Notes: generated by a model not told the origin, from the letters alone. DNA of 64,000 nt from Vampirovibrionaceae bacterium NZW_1234 (GCA_041697335.1 JBGUGD010000002.1:32001-96000); one strand, 5' to 3'; counted from the stretch's first letter, positions 1 to 10,242 are shown. Numbers and translations: made by a program.

Positions 1-683
1 GCCATCGTCTGTCGAACCAGATTAATATCATGAACATTGGCATCGTAGGAGTTTTCGCCAGAATCATTTAGTCCAGAGCCAATGATTAAAAACGCTTTTC
101 GGTTTTTAGTTTCCGATTTTACAAAACTGTTTTTGCCTTCCGGAGAATGCACCGGTTGTGTTCTCCCGAATACACTGTCGGTATTAACCTGGTTAAAGGC
201 TTCGCTCAGTGAGGAGTGCTCTTCAAGGGCGGCCATAAGCCTGGGTGTAAATATTCCACGCTGTTGAAGCACCGAAATTCGGGATTGTGCCCCTTGTTGT
301 ACGGCGGCATAAACCCGGACATTCTCCGGCCAGGGGTTTGGGTGTTCTGAACGGCTCATCAATTCTCCAGGCTTGGTCGGAAACGCTCGGGACAAATCTC
401 CACCAAGCACCTTAATACCGCCAACAAGAGCCAGGCTGGAACTCAGAATGATGGTCATACCCAGGATGCGGCGTTTCAAAAAAGATCGCAGCCGTGTTCC
501 AAAGGGTTTGTTCTTTTCTTCCAGGTACTCTTGATAGGTTTGTTGCGGAATAATGGGCATGCCCATGGCAATCCATCGCTTGAAGCTTTGCCACCGTCCT
601 GTTGGTGTTTCTGTTGGGGGGGAAGGCAGGTTTTTTCCAAAGCGGATGGTACCCTCTCGAGGGATAAGGGCGTCTATATTCAT
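1..683 (-). CDS. Partial CDS (runs off window start): membrane-anchored caspase-like (clan CD) protein, apparently permuted
   Basis: Not in the ORF track. Manual translation from ATG 683 is stop-free to base 1: MNIDALIPREGTIRFGK..., TM segment ILGMTIILSSSLALVGGI, then YAAVQQGAQS...GIFTPRLMAALE...SLSEAFNQV...TQPVHS, then RKAFLIIGSG...ANVHDINLVRQTM. The catalytic His/Cys would lie outside the window. Confidence 0.65.
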   Translation of the reverse strand, partial: MNIDALIPREGTIRFGKNLPSPPTETPTGRWQSFKRWIAMGMPIIPQQTYQEYLEEKNKPFGTRLRSFLKRRILGMTIILSSSLALVGGIKVLGGDLSRAFPTKPGELMSRSEHPNPWPENVRVYAAVQQGAQSRISVLQQRGIFTPRLMAALEEHSSLSEAFNQVNTDSVFGRTQPVHSPEGKNSFVKSETKNRKAFLIIGSGLNDSGENSYDANVHDINLVRQTM

Positions 684-855
684 TGACAGATCAGTTTGAT
701 AAGGCGCAATAGGCTTTTGCCCCTGCCTTTTCTGTGGGGATTCCACGGATAAGGCACGGGTTGTGTCAACGATAAGCATCGTCCCAACCTCGATACTCCC
801 AATGTAATGCTTGTTTTAAAATAAAAATAGATTTTTTGCAAGCCCTTATCTTAGG

Positions 856-873
856 TATGTAACAGATTGTCAC
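856..873 (-). promoter_or_regulatory. HLR1-like direct repeat (OmpR/RpaB-type site)
   Basis: Minus strand reads GTGACAAT-CT-GTTACATA, one mismatch to KTTACAWW-N2-KTTACAWW; lies in a divergent intergenic region. Confidence 0.4.
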
Positions 874-1066
874 AAGACGGTCTTGCCCCTTGTGCTTGTG
901 TTTATTTCTGTTGTGTCCATGATATTACGGCTGTCGATGCTGAATTTATGCGAGGATAGGGGTTTTTTCCGATAAAAAGCAATGGTAAAATAAGAATGGA
1001 TCAATTAGAGGAAACGTTGTTACACCGTTCTTATCATCAACCGTTAACCAAGCAGTAGGGGTGGAC

Positions 1067-1762
1067 ATGGCACGTGTAATTTATACCCGTACGGGTGACA
1101 AAGGTGATACCAGTCTGGCCTGTGGTAGCAGGCTTCCGAAGGATGACCTTCGTATTGAAGCCTACGGCACGCTGGATGAGCTTTCCAGTATTCTGGGCGT
1201 TGTTTCTTCCCTGCTTCACAAGATGAATAAAAAGGAACGCCAGCGTTGGGCCGGTCAGCAAGCCTTGATTGAATGGATCCAGGAAAAACTCTTCACGGTT
1301 TCCAGCATGATTGCGACTGCAAATCTGCCGGCCAGTACCATGCCTGTTGTCGAAGAAGCCGACGTCCTGCTTTTGGAGCAGCACATTGATGGCATGGAGC
1401 AGGATTTGCCTGAATTGCGCAATTTTATTCTGCCCGGTGGCAGTGAATTGGTGAGTTTTCTCCATTTGGCCCGCACGGTGTGCCGTCGAGCTGAGCGGAT
1501 TTGTACGTCCTTGGATCGTGAGGCTCCTTTAAATCCTGTGATCCTGCCATTCCTCAATCGCCTCAGCGATGATCTGTTTGTGATGGCACGCTGGTTCTGC
1601 TATGTCCGGGGCGAGGAAGAAAAAATCTGGATGGGTCGAAAAGCACCCGAAACCCATCAAAGCAAAGGGCGTGCCCGGCAGGATTTGGTGGAAAAGCTGT
1701 TGAAGCAGGAAGACGGGATTGAACAACTGACCTTATTCCAGCCTTCGGATGAATCTGCCTAA
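1067..1762 (+). CDS. pduO: PduO-type ATP:cob(I)alamin adenosyltransferase with a C-terminal extension
   Basis: Motifs IYTRTGDKGDT, RIEAYGTLDELSS, FILPGG, LHLARTVCRRAER and FLNRLSDDLFVMAR. Confidence 0.95.
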   Translation: MARVIYTRTGDKGDTSLACGSRLPKDDLRIEAYGTLDELSSILGVVSSLLHKMNKKERQRWAGQQALIEWIQEKLFTVSSMIATANLPASTMPVVEEADVLLLEQHIDGMEQDLPELRNFILPGGSELVSFLHLARTVCRRAERICTSLDREAPLNPVILPFLNRLSDDLFVMARWFCYVRGEEEKIWMGRKAPETHQSKGRARQDLVEKLLKQEDGIEQLTLFQPSDESA

Positions 1763-2028
1763 GCTCTTTAATCATTTTTTAACGCAGCTCTTCTTCTCAT
1801 CTTGTTTTTATATAAACAATAGATCTGATGAGACGAGTATGAGCAAGGGCATAGGTATCGAAATGGCTTTAAATTGATGTCTGGTCTGTGTCTGGCAATA
1901 ACACAAGTTGATAAGCCTGCTGAATAAGCATGTTTTTAAGCATTGAGTTAGAGCAAGATTGAGTTAGGACTGGGCGATGTTGATTGAGAGGCTCTCGTTT
2001 CCGAGGACCTTCTCTTGACACATCCACG

Positions 2029-2083
2029 CAAAAAGTCGGTCACTCTGGAAGCGCGGCAACTTTTTCCGGAAGCCGACTTTTTG
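2029..2083. other. Long intergenic inverted repeat (terminator-like hairpin)
   Basis: CAAAAAGTCGG (2029-2039) pairs with CCGACTTTTTG (2073-2083), with an inner TCTGGAA/TTCCGGA pair. Confidence 0.55.
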
Positions 2084-2121
2084 TTTTGTCGAAAATTACC
2101 GACACAGGCAATTTGTCCTAT

Positions 2122-2301
2122 GGACGGGCTCGGCTATAGTCTCAAATATAGTCTTGAATCGCCTGCACATGAGTGCTTGAGGCATTAAAAAACTCTGATC
2201 CAGACGGACGGAGGGGTTTAGGTATTTCGAACTTGATTGACGAATACACACAGTAAACCGTTATTTTCTAAAACAGACCTGTCCCCAGCAGGTTTTTTTT
2301 T
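2122..2301 (+). ncRNA. Candidate structured non-coding RNA, family unassigned
   Basis: Basal stem GGACGGG (2122-2128)/CCTGTCC (2278-2284) encloses four hairpins; ends in an ACCTG...CAGGT hairpin plus a T9 tract. No substantial ORF. Confidence 0.4.
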
Positions 2302-2383
2302 GCTCCGGGCTGATAGCCCAACAGAGGCTTTGAGGATTAAGATTTTGTTCTGCAAATTGCTTTGAACGGTTCATCGTATTGCG

Positions 2384-2418
2384 AAAAGCCCGCTTGGATT
2401 TAAGAGTCCAAGCGGGCT
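2384..2418 (-). terminator. Intrinsic terminator of the 2441-2770 gene
   Basis: Perfect 12-bp stem AGCCCGCTTGGA/TCCAAGCGGGCT followed by a short U-tract on the minus strand. Confidence 0.75.
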
Positions 2419-2440
2419 GAAAAGGTGTAATTGGTTTAAT

Positions 2441-2770
2441 TTACTTTCGAGGCTGTAGCCCTGGGGGCGTCAGATGACCACTGGCGTCCATTATTGGAAA
2501 ATTAAAGGGCTGATCTGAATTACTTCTCCAGCGAGCGCTATTGGGATCTCGAATCGGAGGCATGCCCGGTGGTGTCAGTGATCCGTCGGCGTCCATTATT
2601 GGAAAATTAAAGGGCTGAGTTGTATTATTACTCCAACGGGCGCAGTTGGGATCACGAATGGGTAACGCCCCAGGTGGGGTTATAGAGCCATCCGCATCCG
2701 TCACTAAATGCGTGGATGGTGAGATCGGTTGTGTACCCACGCGCGGACCTTGTGCTGTAATTCCAACCAT
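2441..2770 (-). CDS. Small Pro-rich protein with ~2.4 tandem 35-aa repeats
   Basis: RBS AAGGGGAG and its own terminator. Repeat DADGS(I/L)TPPG..PIRDPN.ARW.....QPFNFPIM has synonymous divergence between copies. Confidence 0.8.
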   Translation of the reverse strand: MVGITAQGPRVGTQPISPSTHLVTDADGSITPPGALPIRDPNCARWSNNTTQPFNFPIMDADGSLTPPGMPPIRDPNSARWRSNSDQPFNFPIMDASGHLTPPGLQPRK

Positions 2771-3078
2771 GGCGATTTTCTCCCCTTAATTCATTTATTA
2801 ACCAGTGTACGATGTGCTCAGTTATATAAAGTCCAATTTTGAAGGGTCTGTGTTGCTTTTTAAAGAACTGTCGCCAAAGTTGTATTTTTAAGCAAAGCGT
2901 TTACATTCCTAAACCCGGATGGCATTGGACAATTTGGATTTTTAGTGGGGAATAAATGGGCAAAGGATTGTAACACTTCAGGCGTGTAACTGAAGGTTAA
3001 GCACCTCTGGCTCGACACGACGGAATCAAGAATCGGGATAACGTGTTGGTCAGCCTTGGTTTGAAAGGAGATTTGTAC

Positions 3079-3228
3079 ATGATTCCAGAAGTTGTTCGGG
3101 GAGATTTTTTGCATGACATGTTGGAGCCGCATCGGGTCACTTTGGCAAAGTCGGTGCCTTCGTTGCAGTGGGATGTGAAGATCGTATTAATGCGAGAGAC
3201 CCTGGAAGCGCTCTACTATCAAAATTAG
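3079..3228 (+). CDS. Possible 49-aa hypothetical protein
   Basis: Strong RBS AAAGGAG before ATG 3079; no recognisable motif. Confidence 0.35.
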   Translation: MIPEVVRGDFLHDMLEPHRVTLAKSVPSLQWDVKIVLMRETLEALYYQN

Positions 3229-3447
3229 ACCGAAATGTCAGCTATATACGGGTATTTAGGCTTGTCCACTGCCCGTTTTTCAATTGCCTGTGATATGGAG
3301 ATCGCAGGCAATCGTATTTTTTAGCGTTCAAGATGTACGTTTTCAAAAAGACTGTCAAAAATATCGTTTTACCGGGTTTAGTGTGAGCGAGATGCACTGT
3401 ACCTAACTGTTCACCTTGTGGTGAACCAGACGATTGGAAGAACTATT

Positions 3448-5070
3448 ATGCATTGCCCCAAAATACGTTTTGGATACACACTGACTTATGAAGGCTTAAC
3501 CCGCAAGGAATTGGCGGCCAGTGTTCAACAATGCGGTTTCGATCGATTTGAGTCGGCCAAAGCCGCACTGTTGGTTCAGGATGAGGATTACGAGAATATG
3601 CGCCAGTTCTGGTCCTGGTATCCTCGGGCCGATTTGGTTCGGGACACCATGATACGAACCATTGAGCAAAGTGCGCAATCTGGAGAATTACGGTTAAACG
3701 CAGACACCATGATGCGTCAGTTTCGATGTTCCGAACAGGAATTAAGCCTGGTGCTTTCAACCTATCGGCAACTGGCTAAAGGCCAAGGATATGTTATGGC
3801 GCCATTTTTATTCGATGAATCGACTAACAGTTGGACGACGCGTTTTCGTAAAGCCAATTCCGGGAACCTGCCGGCGTTTAATTTGAAAGTATACCAGGCC
3901 TTAAAGCGTTATTTGTTTGAAGAACGTAAACGTTCCGGTGTGTCCGTCAATTTGCCGCTATCCTTCGGCGAGATTTTAAACCGGCCGGGCCAAAAAATAA
4001 CCATTGAGGCGGATGGGGATATGGCTGAGTTGACGGCCGGAAGCCGTGGAGAATTGTGGGTTCGTGGCAAAGGGCAGAATAATACGGTTGCTATTCTCGA
4101 TAATACAATACAGGGTGAGCAGATTACGCCCTTGTTTGAATCCATGCGTCTGCTTTCCCCCAACGATAAGATCATTGTGGGAAACCGTATTTTGGTTGTA
4201 AAGCCTGATATGAAGCTGGACTTGTACAGCAATAATGCCACGATGCTGAAGCAATTATTTCCCAAAGGGATTGCATATGAATCATTCCAGCAGAATAACA
4301 TTGGAGACTGTTATTTATTGTCCTCCCTGGATGCCCTGGCCAAAAATCCCATGGGGGAAGCCGTGCTGGCCCGTATGATTCAGGCTGGGAAGAACGGGGG
4401 CTGGGAAGTTGAATTTCCCGATGGGGAAATGATTGAAGTGACACCGCAGGATTTGCGTCGCTACTGGCTCTCGGATCAACAGGAGTATCGGATGCCGGTG
4501 CGTGGCTGTTTGGGATGGCAAATCTTGGAGCGGGCGTTTGGCAAACGCTTAAAAAGCCAGGATGCCGATGGGGGGCAGGTGAAGAACCACCATACGCTGT
4601 TGGCGCTTGAGAACGCGTATAAACATACCAATGGTCGATATGACTTTGGACACCGGGTCCTGCACGAGATGACCGGTTGGCAAAAGTACTTTGTCCGAAC
4701 GCCAAAAGAGGATCAGCTCCATTTGGACCATCAACCCTATGCCAAGGACGACTTCTTTAGAATCCTGGATCAAATTGGCTCTCGTCCTGAATCTTTTGTT
4801 GCTACGGCCAATACGCCTTCATATAGGCATGCCCGTTTTCACATTCCGAATCCAAATGGACGCACCCGATACTTTATGGATGCGCAAGGCCAGTTTATGA
4901 CCAGTCACGTGTATTCCATCCGGCGCATCGATCCGGCGACCAAGACGGTCACTCTTGTGAATCCGTGGGACACATCAAAACCGATTGGTCTGTCCTATGA
5001 GGATTTTTACGATATGTTTGCCTCGATTTCCTATGTCGAAGTACCCACCCACGAGATGGTTCTTAAATAA
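3448..5070 (+). CDS. Calpain-family (peptidase C2) cysteine protease with an FHA-like middle domain
   Basis: Catalytic motifs QNNIGDCYLLSSL (Cys), SHVYSI (His), LVNPWD (Asn). LLSPNDKIIVG resembles the end of an FHA domain. N-terminus is MHCPKIRFG. Confidence 0.85.
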   Translation: MHCPKIRFGYTLTYEGLTRKELAASVQQCGFDRFESAKAALLVQDEDYENMRQFWSWYPRADLVRDTMIRTIEQSAQSGELRLNADTMMRQFRCSEQELSLVLSTYRQLAKGQGYVMAPFLFDESTNSWTTRFRKANSGNLPAFNLKVYQALKRYLFEERKRSGVSVNLPLSFGEILNRPGQKITIEADGDMAELTAGSRGELWVRGKGQNNTVAILDNTIQGEQITPLFESMRLLSPNDKIIVGNRILVVKPDMKLDLYSNNATMLKQLFPKGIAYESFQQNNIGDCYLLSSLDALAKNPMGEAVLARMIQAGKNGGWEVEFPDGEMIEVTPQDLRRYWLSDQQEYRMPVRGCLGWQILERAFGKRLKSQDADGGQVKNHHTLLALENAYKHTNGRYDFGHRVLHEMTGWQKYFVRTPKEDQLHLDHQPYAKDDFFRILDQIGSRPESFVATANTPSYRHARFHIPNPNGRTRYFMDAQGQFMTSHVYSIRRIDPATKTVTLVNPWDTSKPIGLSYEDFYDMFASISYVEVPTHEMVLK

Positions 5071-5104
5071 GGCTATTTCTTGGAGCAGACGAATCAGACT
5101 GTGC

Positions 5105-5716
5105 TTATCGGTGTTGATACCAGCCGGGGTCGCTGTTGGGGTTGCCTCCGGTATAGGGCAGGATGGTTCCATCTACAAGGGTAATGGTTTTCCCGGGCGG
5201 CAAGGTGCCTCGTGTGTGGACGCGCCCATGGACATCAAGAACCAGGGTTACGGCTTTACCGGTGCTGTCTGCCCGATGTGAGACTCGGCCGTCAGGATCC
5301 AGGTCGAGGACCAGAACGTTGTCAACATCGTTCCGAAAACGTTGATCCGGAAAATGGATAATCGCGCCACTGGGTGTCCGATAACAGTATTCACCCTTTC
5401 CGTTGCACAGAACACGACCAGAGACGGCGGGACTGTAGTCTACTTTGGCGCCGGTGTCTCGTTTGAATTTAAACGCTGATTCCATGAGGGTTGAAAGGCG
5501 TGTTTCTCCATCTTTCAACCGGTTTTCCCGGACGAGAGTGCCATAATGGTTTTTAATTGAATCGATATCGTCTTGAACGGCTGCGTATTGGTAATGTTGA
5601 AGCCGGACCATGGCCATCGGCGGAATGGCAAAGGCCGCAATCAGCCCAAGCAGCGCCACGCCTGAGACGACTTCAAGCAGGTTGAACCCTAAAAAACGTT
5701 GGTGCATGTGAACCAT
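5105..5716 (-). CDS. Type IV pilin / pseudopilin-like protein
   Basis: Class III signal G|FNLLE followed by hydrophobic helix VVSGVALLGLIAAFAIP. Confidence 0.85.
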   Translation of the reverse strand: MVHMHQRFLGFNLLEVVSGVALLGLIAAFAIPPMAMVRLQHYQYAAVQDDIDSIKNHYGTLVRENRLKDGETRLSTLMESAFKFKRDTGAKVDYSPAVSGRVLCNGKGEYCYRTPSGAIIHFPDQRFRNDVDNVLVLDLDPDGRVSHRADSTGKAVTLVLDVHGRVHTRGTLPPGKTITLVDGTILPYTGGNPNSDPGWYQHR

Positions 5717-5802
5717 TCCATGTCAGTGCGCTACGGGGGATATCGTCCAGATTTTAAAAATCTGTAACATCCTGAAACCCTCGGGCATCCAAGCAATTTG
5801 AA

Positions 5803-7974
5803 TTACTGAGAAAAGCGCATGGTGAGCGAGATTCGCTTGCGGGGAATGTCGACTTCAAGAACCTTCACCCGAACAATATCGCCGGTTTTGACGACGGCAT
5901 GCGGGTCTTTTACAAAAGTATCCGCCAGCATGGAGATATGAACAAGGCCATCCTGATGCACCCCGATGTCAACAAAGGCCCCAAAATTGGTCACATTGGT
6001 GACAACACCCTCCAGAACCATGTCCGGTTTCAGGTCGCTTAGGGTTTCCACTCCCTCTTTAAAGCTGGCCGTTCTGAATTCGGGCCGGGGATCCCGGCCG
6101 GGTTTATCGAGTTCCGACAGGATGTCCTGGACGGTAGGAAGACCAAATGTGGTGTCGGTAAACTGAGCGGGGTTAAGGCTTTTTAGAAAAGCGGTATCTC
6201 CCATAATGGCCTTAATGTCTCGCCCGGATGCTTTAACAATCCGCTCAACCACGGGGTAGGCCTCGGGATGGACGGCAGAGGCATCCAGGGGATTCGAGCC
6301 GTTCATAATGCGAAGAAACCCGGCACTTTGTTCAAAGGCTTTCGGACCCAGTTTCGGGACTTTTTTCAGACTGTCCCGGTTGGGAAAAGGACCATGTTGG
6401 TTTCGGTAATCGACAATGGACTTTGCCAGACTTTTTGAGAGGCCTGAAACATAGGTCAACAGAGACGGCGAGGCCATGTTGACATCCACGCCCACGGCAT
6501 TCACACAATCCTCCACCACGGTGTCCAGCATTTGCGAGAGTTGGGTTTGATTTACATCGTGCTGGTACTGCCCAACCCCAATGGCCTTGGGATCAATTTT
6601 AACCAGCTCGGCCAGGGGATCTTGCAGGCGGCGGGCGATGGAGACGGCTCCCCGGAGTGAGACATCCAGATTGGGGAGTTCTTCCGTGGCCAAGGCCGAT
6701 GCCGAGTAGACCGAGGCTCCAGCTTCGGACACCACCATCTTGGTCAGCTTTAGGTCAGGCTGTTGTTTGATGAGATCCTGTGCCAAACGCTCCGTTTCTC
6801 GGGAGGCCGTGCCATTGCCGATGCTAATTAACGAGACTCCATGGGTTTTTGCCAATGTGGCCAAGGTTGTAAGGGATTGTTGCCATTGGTTTTGCGGGGG
6901 GTGAGGATAGATCGTCGCGGTTGCCAGCAATTGGCCGGTTGGGTCAATGACGGCTACCTTGACACCGGTTCTGAGGCCCGGATCCAACCCCATCACAGTT
7001 TTGGGGCCCGCAGGGGCAGATAAAAGCAGGTTTTTGAGATTGCGGGCAAATACCCGAATGGCTTCTTCTTCGGCTTGGTCTTTTAGTTGATTGATGAGTT
7101 CCGTTTCCAGATGCGGTAACAGCTTGCTGCGCCAGCACTCCGAAACAGCTTCCAGAAGCCAGTTGTCGGCAGGGCGATGACGTTGCTCAATTCTGAATTT
7201 GCGGGCAATGCGTCCCTCAATTTGAGCGGTTGCTTCGGCTAACCGATCGTCGGAAGCGGGTTGGATACTCAGTTTCAAGATGGATTCCTGACGCCCCCGT
7301 AAAATGGCCAATGCCCGATGTGAAGGGACTTTGTTGAGGGGCTCACTATAGTCAAAGTAGTCGGAAAACTTGGCGCCGGCTTCTTTTTTGCCTCGCATCA
7401 CCGTGGCCGTCAGAATTCCAAAGCGCCAGAGTTGGGTCCGGAAGGCGCCTACGAGTTCCGCATCTTCAGACATCATTTCCATCAAAATTTCTGTGGCGCC
7501 GTTCAGAGCGGCCTTGGCGTCGGGAATGTCTTTCTCTGGGTTGATAAACCGAGATGCAACCTGCTCCGGCACGTGCGTCGGGTTTTGTAGAAGCGATAGT
7601 GCCAGCGGCTCCAAACCTGCTTCCCGAGCCACTTGGGCTTTGGTACGTCGTTTGGGCTTATAGGGCAAGTACAGATCTTCCAGGCGAGCTTTGGTGTCGG
7701 CGTTCAGAAGAGCCTCTCTTAATTCCGGCGTGAGTTTGCCCAGGGATTCAATGCTTTGTAAGATAGCTTCCCGACGTTTTTCCAGATCTCGCAAATAGGT
7801 TAGCCGCTCTTCCAGGGTGCGAAGCTGCTCATCCGTTAAATTGCCGGTGGCCTCTTTTCGGTACCGGGCAATAAAGGGAACGGTCGCGCCGTCATCCAGA
7901 AGCTGAACGGCGGCATTGACCTGTTGATGTCGGACGTTCAGCTCCTGAGCCAGTTGCTCGAAGACAGACTTCAT
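5803..7974 (-). CDS. tex: Tex family RNA-binding transcriptional accessory protein
   Basis: [35 protein letters not shown] and a C-terminal S1 domain ([18 protein letters not shown]). Confidence 0.97.
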   Translation of the reverse strand: MKSVFEQLAQELNVRHQQVNAAVQLLDDGATVPFIARYRKEATGNLTDEQLRTLEERLTYLRDLEKRREAILQSIESLGKLTPELREALLNADTKARLEDLYLPYKPKRRTKAQVAREAGLEPLALSLLQNPTHVPEQVASRFINPEKDIPDAKAALNGATEILMEMMSEDAELVGAFRTQLWRFGILTATVMRGKKEAGAKFSDYFDYSEPLNKVPSHRALAILRGRQESILKLSIQPASDDRLAEATAQIEGRIARKFRIEQRHRPADNWLLEAVSECWRSKLLPHLETELINQLKDQAEEEAIRVFARNLKNLLLSAPAGPKTVMGLDPGLRTGVKVAVIDPTGQLLATATIYPHPPQNQWQQSLTTLATLAKTHGVSLISIGNGTASRETERLAQDLIKQQPDLKLTKMVVSEAGASVYSASALATEELPNLDVSLRGAVSIARRLQDPLAELVKIDPKAIGVGQYQHDVNQTQLSQMLDTVVEDCVNAVGVDVNMASPSLLTYVSGLSKSLAKSIVDYRNQHGPFPNRDSLKKVPKLGPKAFEQSAGFLRIMNGSNPLDASAVHPEAYPVVERIVKASGRDIKAIMGDTAFLKSLNPAQFTDTTFGLPTVQDILSELDKPGRDPRPEFRTASFKEGVETLSDLKPDMVLEGVVTNVTNFGAFVDIGVHQDGLVHISMLADTFVKDPHAVVKTGDIVRVKVLEVDIPRKRISLTMRFSQ

Positions 7975-8159
7975 TGAGCGTAGCTACCCTCGAGCCAGAC
8001 GTGACGTGTCAGGGGGTCGGTCTTGACGATGGCCCATTGTAGAATATGGGCGTTCTCCGGTAGCTGGCTTTTTGCCAGGCTTTCAACCATGGCAATGGTG
8101 GGCGGGAACTGCTCCACTGGGCCGGTAATCTGAAAACTTTCGACGAGTTGGTAGGCCAT
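7971..8159 (-). CDS. 62-aa hypothetical protein
   Basis: Fills the gap between glmS and tex with a 4-bp ATGA overlap with tex, indicating operon coupling. Confidence 0.7.
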   Translation of the reverse strand: MAYQLVESFQITGPVEQFPPTIAMVESLAKSQLPENAHILQWAIVKTDPLTRHVWLEGSYAQ

Positions 8160-8173
8160 GGGTCACTCGAGGG

Positions 8174-10027
8174 CTATTCCACGGTGACGCTCTTGGCCAG
8201 GTTACGAGGCTGATCCACGTCTTTGCCCAGGTATTCGGCAATGTAATAGGACAGGAGCTGGAGCGGAATAACCTGTAAAATGGGGGACAACAGTTCTTCC
8301 ACGTCGGGAATCAGCATCACATCCTCGAAGGTGTCACAAACATCGGCGGGGACCTCGCCACAGTTTACCCCAATAACCTTGGCGTCACGAGCTTTGGCCT
8401 CCTGGCAATTGGAAATCATCTTGTCGTAGACAATGCCCTTGGTCAGTAGCGCTACAACCGGGATGGATTCATCTAGCATGGCAATGGGACCATGCTTTAA
8501 CTCACTGGCAGAGTAGCCTTCGGCATGAATGTAGCTGATTTCCTTAAGCTTAAGAGCGCCTTCCAGTGCAACCGGGTAGTTGATCCCCCGAGCCATAAAG
8601 ATCATGTCCCGGACATTGCCGTACTTCCGGGCAATAGCCTGGATATTTTCGGAATTGTGCAGCACGTTTTCCACCAGGGCCGGGAGGCGTTGCAGCCCTG
8701 CTTTGATCTCTCTCAAACGTTCCGGGGGGGCCGTGTTACGCTGCTCTGCCAGGTAGAGGCCCAACAGGTAGAAAACGATGACTTGTGCCGTAAAGCTTTT
8801 GGTGGCACAAACACTGACTTCAAGACCGGCACGGACCGGCAGCACCAAATTGGCTTCGCGGGCAATGGTGGATTCTTCCCGGTTGGTGATGGCCAGAACC
8901 AACGCTCCTTTTTCCTTGCATTGGCGCAGGGCGGTGATTGTGTCTGCCGTTTCGCCCGACTGAGAGATAGCAACCACCAGGGTTTTTTCATTCACAATGG
9001 GGTTCCGGTAACGGAATTCTCCAGCAGATTCCACATCGACCGGGATACGGACCAGATCTTCAATGAAGTAGCGGCCAACCATGCCGGCATGAAACGAGGT
9101 GCCACAGGCCACGACGGAAATGCGTTCGACATGAGCCAGACGTTGGAGAAGCTCGGAGTCGCTAAACAAAGCCACAGGCTCTTCGGGTGTAATCAAACGA
9201 CCGCTCAGGGAGTTGCGAACCACGTCGGGCTGCTCATAGATCTCCTTGAGCATATAGTGCTTGTAGCCTTTTTTGTCCATAATCAAGCTATTGCCGGTAA
9301 TGGTTTCAATTGCAGGTTGCACAGGCTCCCCGCGGAAGTTGATGACTCGGAAGCCGTCGGTTGATAACTCAACAATTTCGCCATCTCGGAGGTAAGCGAC
9401 ATTACGGGTGTGCTCGACCAGGGCGACCACGTCGCTGCCAAGGAACATTTCGCCTTCACCGACACCCACCACCAGGGGAGCATGATTTCGAATGCCGTAT
9501 AGCTTGTCGGGCTGGCGTTTGTCCAGGATAACCATGGCATAAGCGCCGACCAGGCGTTGGGTCACTTTCTGCAAGACTTTCAGAAAGTCCGGTTCGGTTT
9601 TGCTGATTTCGGAAATCAAGTGCACGACGCATTCGGTATCGGTGTTGGAGAGAAACTTGTAGCCTTTTTGAGTCAGCTCATCCCGGATAATACCGTAGTT
9701 TTCGACAATGCCGTTATGAATCAAGGCAATGTTGCCATCGTTGCTGACGTGAGGGTGGGCATTCTGATCGGTGGGAGCGCCATGGGTGGCCCAACGGGTA
9801 TGGCCCATGCCAATGTGGGTTGCGTGTCCGTTTTCTGAGAACACGGTTTCAGGCAGGCGGTTGCGTAAATTAATCAGTTTACCTGAGGCTTTGTAAACGT
9901 TGAGCTGGTCTTCGTCCAGGAAGGCGACGCCAGCCGAATCATAACCCCGGTATTCCAAATGCTGGAGGCTGTCCAAGATAACCGGAACAATCGATTTTTT
10001 ACCAAGATAACCAACGATACCGCACAT
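8174..10027 (-). CDS. glmS: Glutamine--fructose-6-phosphate aminotransferase
   Basis: MCGIVG N-terminus, GHTRWATHG, SQSGETADT and C-terminal DVDQPRNLAKSVTVE. Confidence 0.99.
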   Translation of the reverse strand: MCGIVGYLGKKSIVPVILDSLQHLEYRGYDSAGVAFLDEDQLNVYKASGKLINLRNRLPETVFSENGHATHIGMGHTRWATHGAPTDQNAHPHVSNDGNIALIHNGIVENYGIIRDELTQKGYKFLSNTDTECVVHLISEISKTEPDFLKVLQKVTQRLVGAYAMVILDKRQPDKLYGIRNHAPLVVGVGEGEMFLGSDVVALVEHTRNVAYLRDGEIVELSTDGFRVINFRGEPVQPAIETITGNSLIMDKKGYKHYMLKEIYEQPDVVRNSLSGRLITPEEPVALFSDSELLQRLAHVERISVVACGTSFHAGMVGRYFIEDLVRIPVDVESAGEFRYRNPIVNEKTLVVAISQSGETADTITALRQCKEKGALVLAITNREESTIAREANLVLPVRAGLEVSVCATKSFTAQVIVFYLLGLYLAEQRNTAPPERLREIKAGLQRLPALVENVLHNSENIQAIARKYGNVRDMIFMARGINYPVALEGALKLKEISYIHAEGYSASELKHGPIAMLDESIPVVALLTKGIVYDKMISNCQEAKARDAKVIGVNCGEVPADVCDTFEDVMLIPDVEELLSPILQVIPLQLLSYYIAEYLGKDVDQPRNLAKSVTVE

Positions 10028-10090
10028 AATGCACCTTACACGTGTCGCTACTTCAGAGGGGGGTGGATCGCCTCATGCGTCCTTTCTTAC

Positions 10091-10119
10091 ATTATGGGAG
10101 AAGGATCCGGCCTGTGCAA
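10091..10119 (-). promoter_or_regulatory. Sigma70-type promoter for the glmS-tex operon
   Basis: TTGCAC-17 nt-CATAAT on the minus strand, about 60 nt upstream of the glmS ATG. Confidence 0.6.
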
Positions 10120-10242
10120 TCCTGAACTTCTGTAGGCCAATGAAAAAGAAACATAAAGTAAAATTGCGTCGTTCGTATATTACCTAACTTAGCCAATTTG
10201 TGGGACTGTTGGGGCATCGTTTTCCGAGGGAAAGCGTGCAAA

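Noticed and set aside
1980..2301. Cobalamin or TPP riboswitch near pduO
   Set aside because: Only fragments match (AGACCTGTC; CTGATCC). Conserved cores are missing, and the element is downstream of pduO with no plus-strand gene after it.
10028..10150. glmS ribozyme upstream of glmS
   Set aside because: No ribozyme core consensus is visible, and the predicted promoter leaves only a ~55-nt leader.
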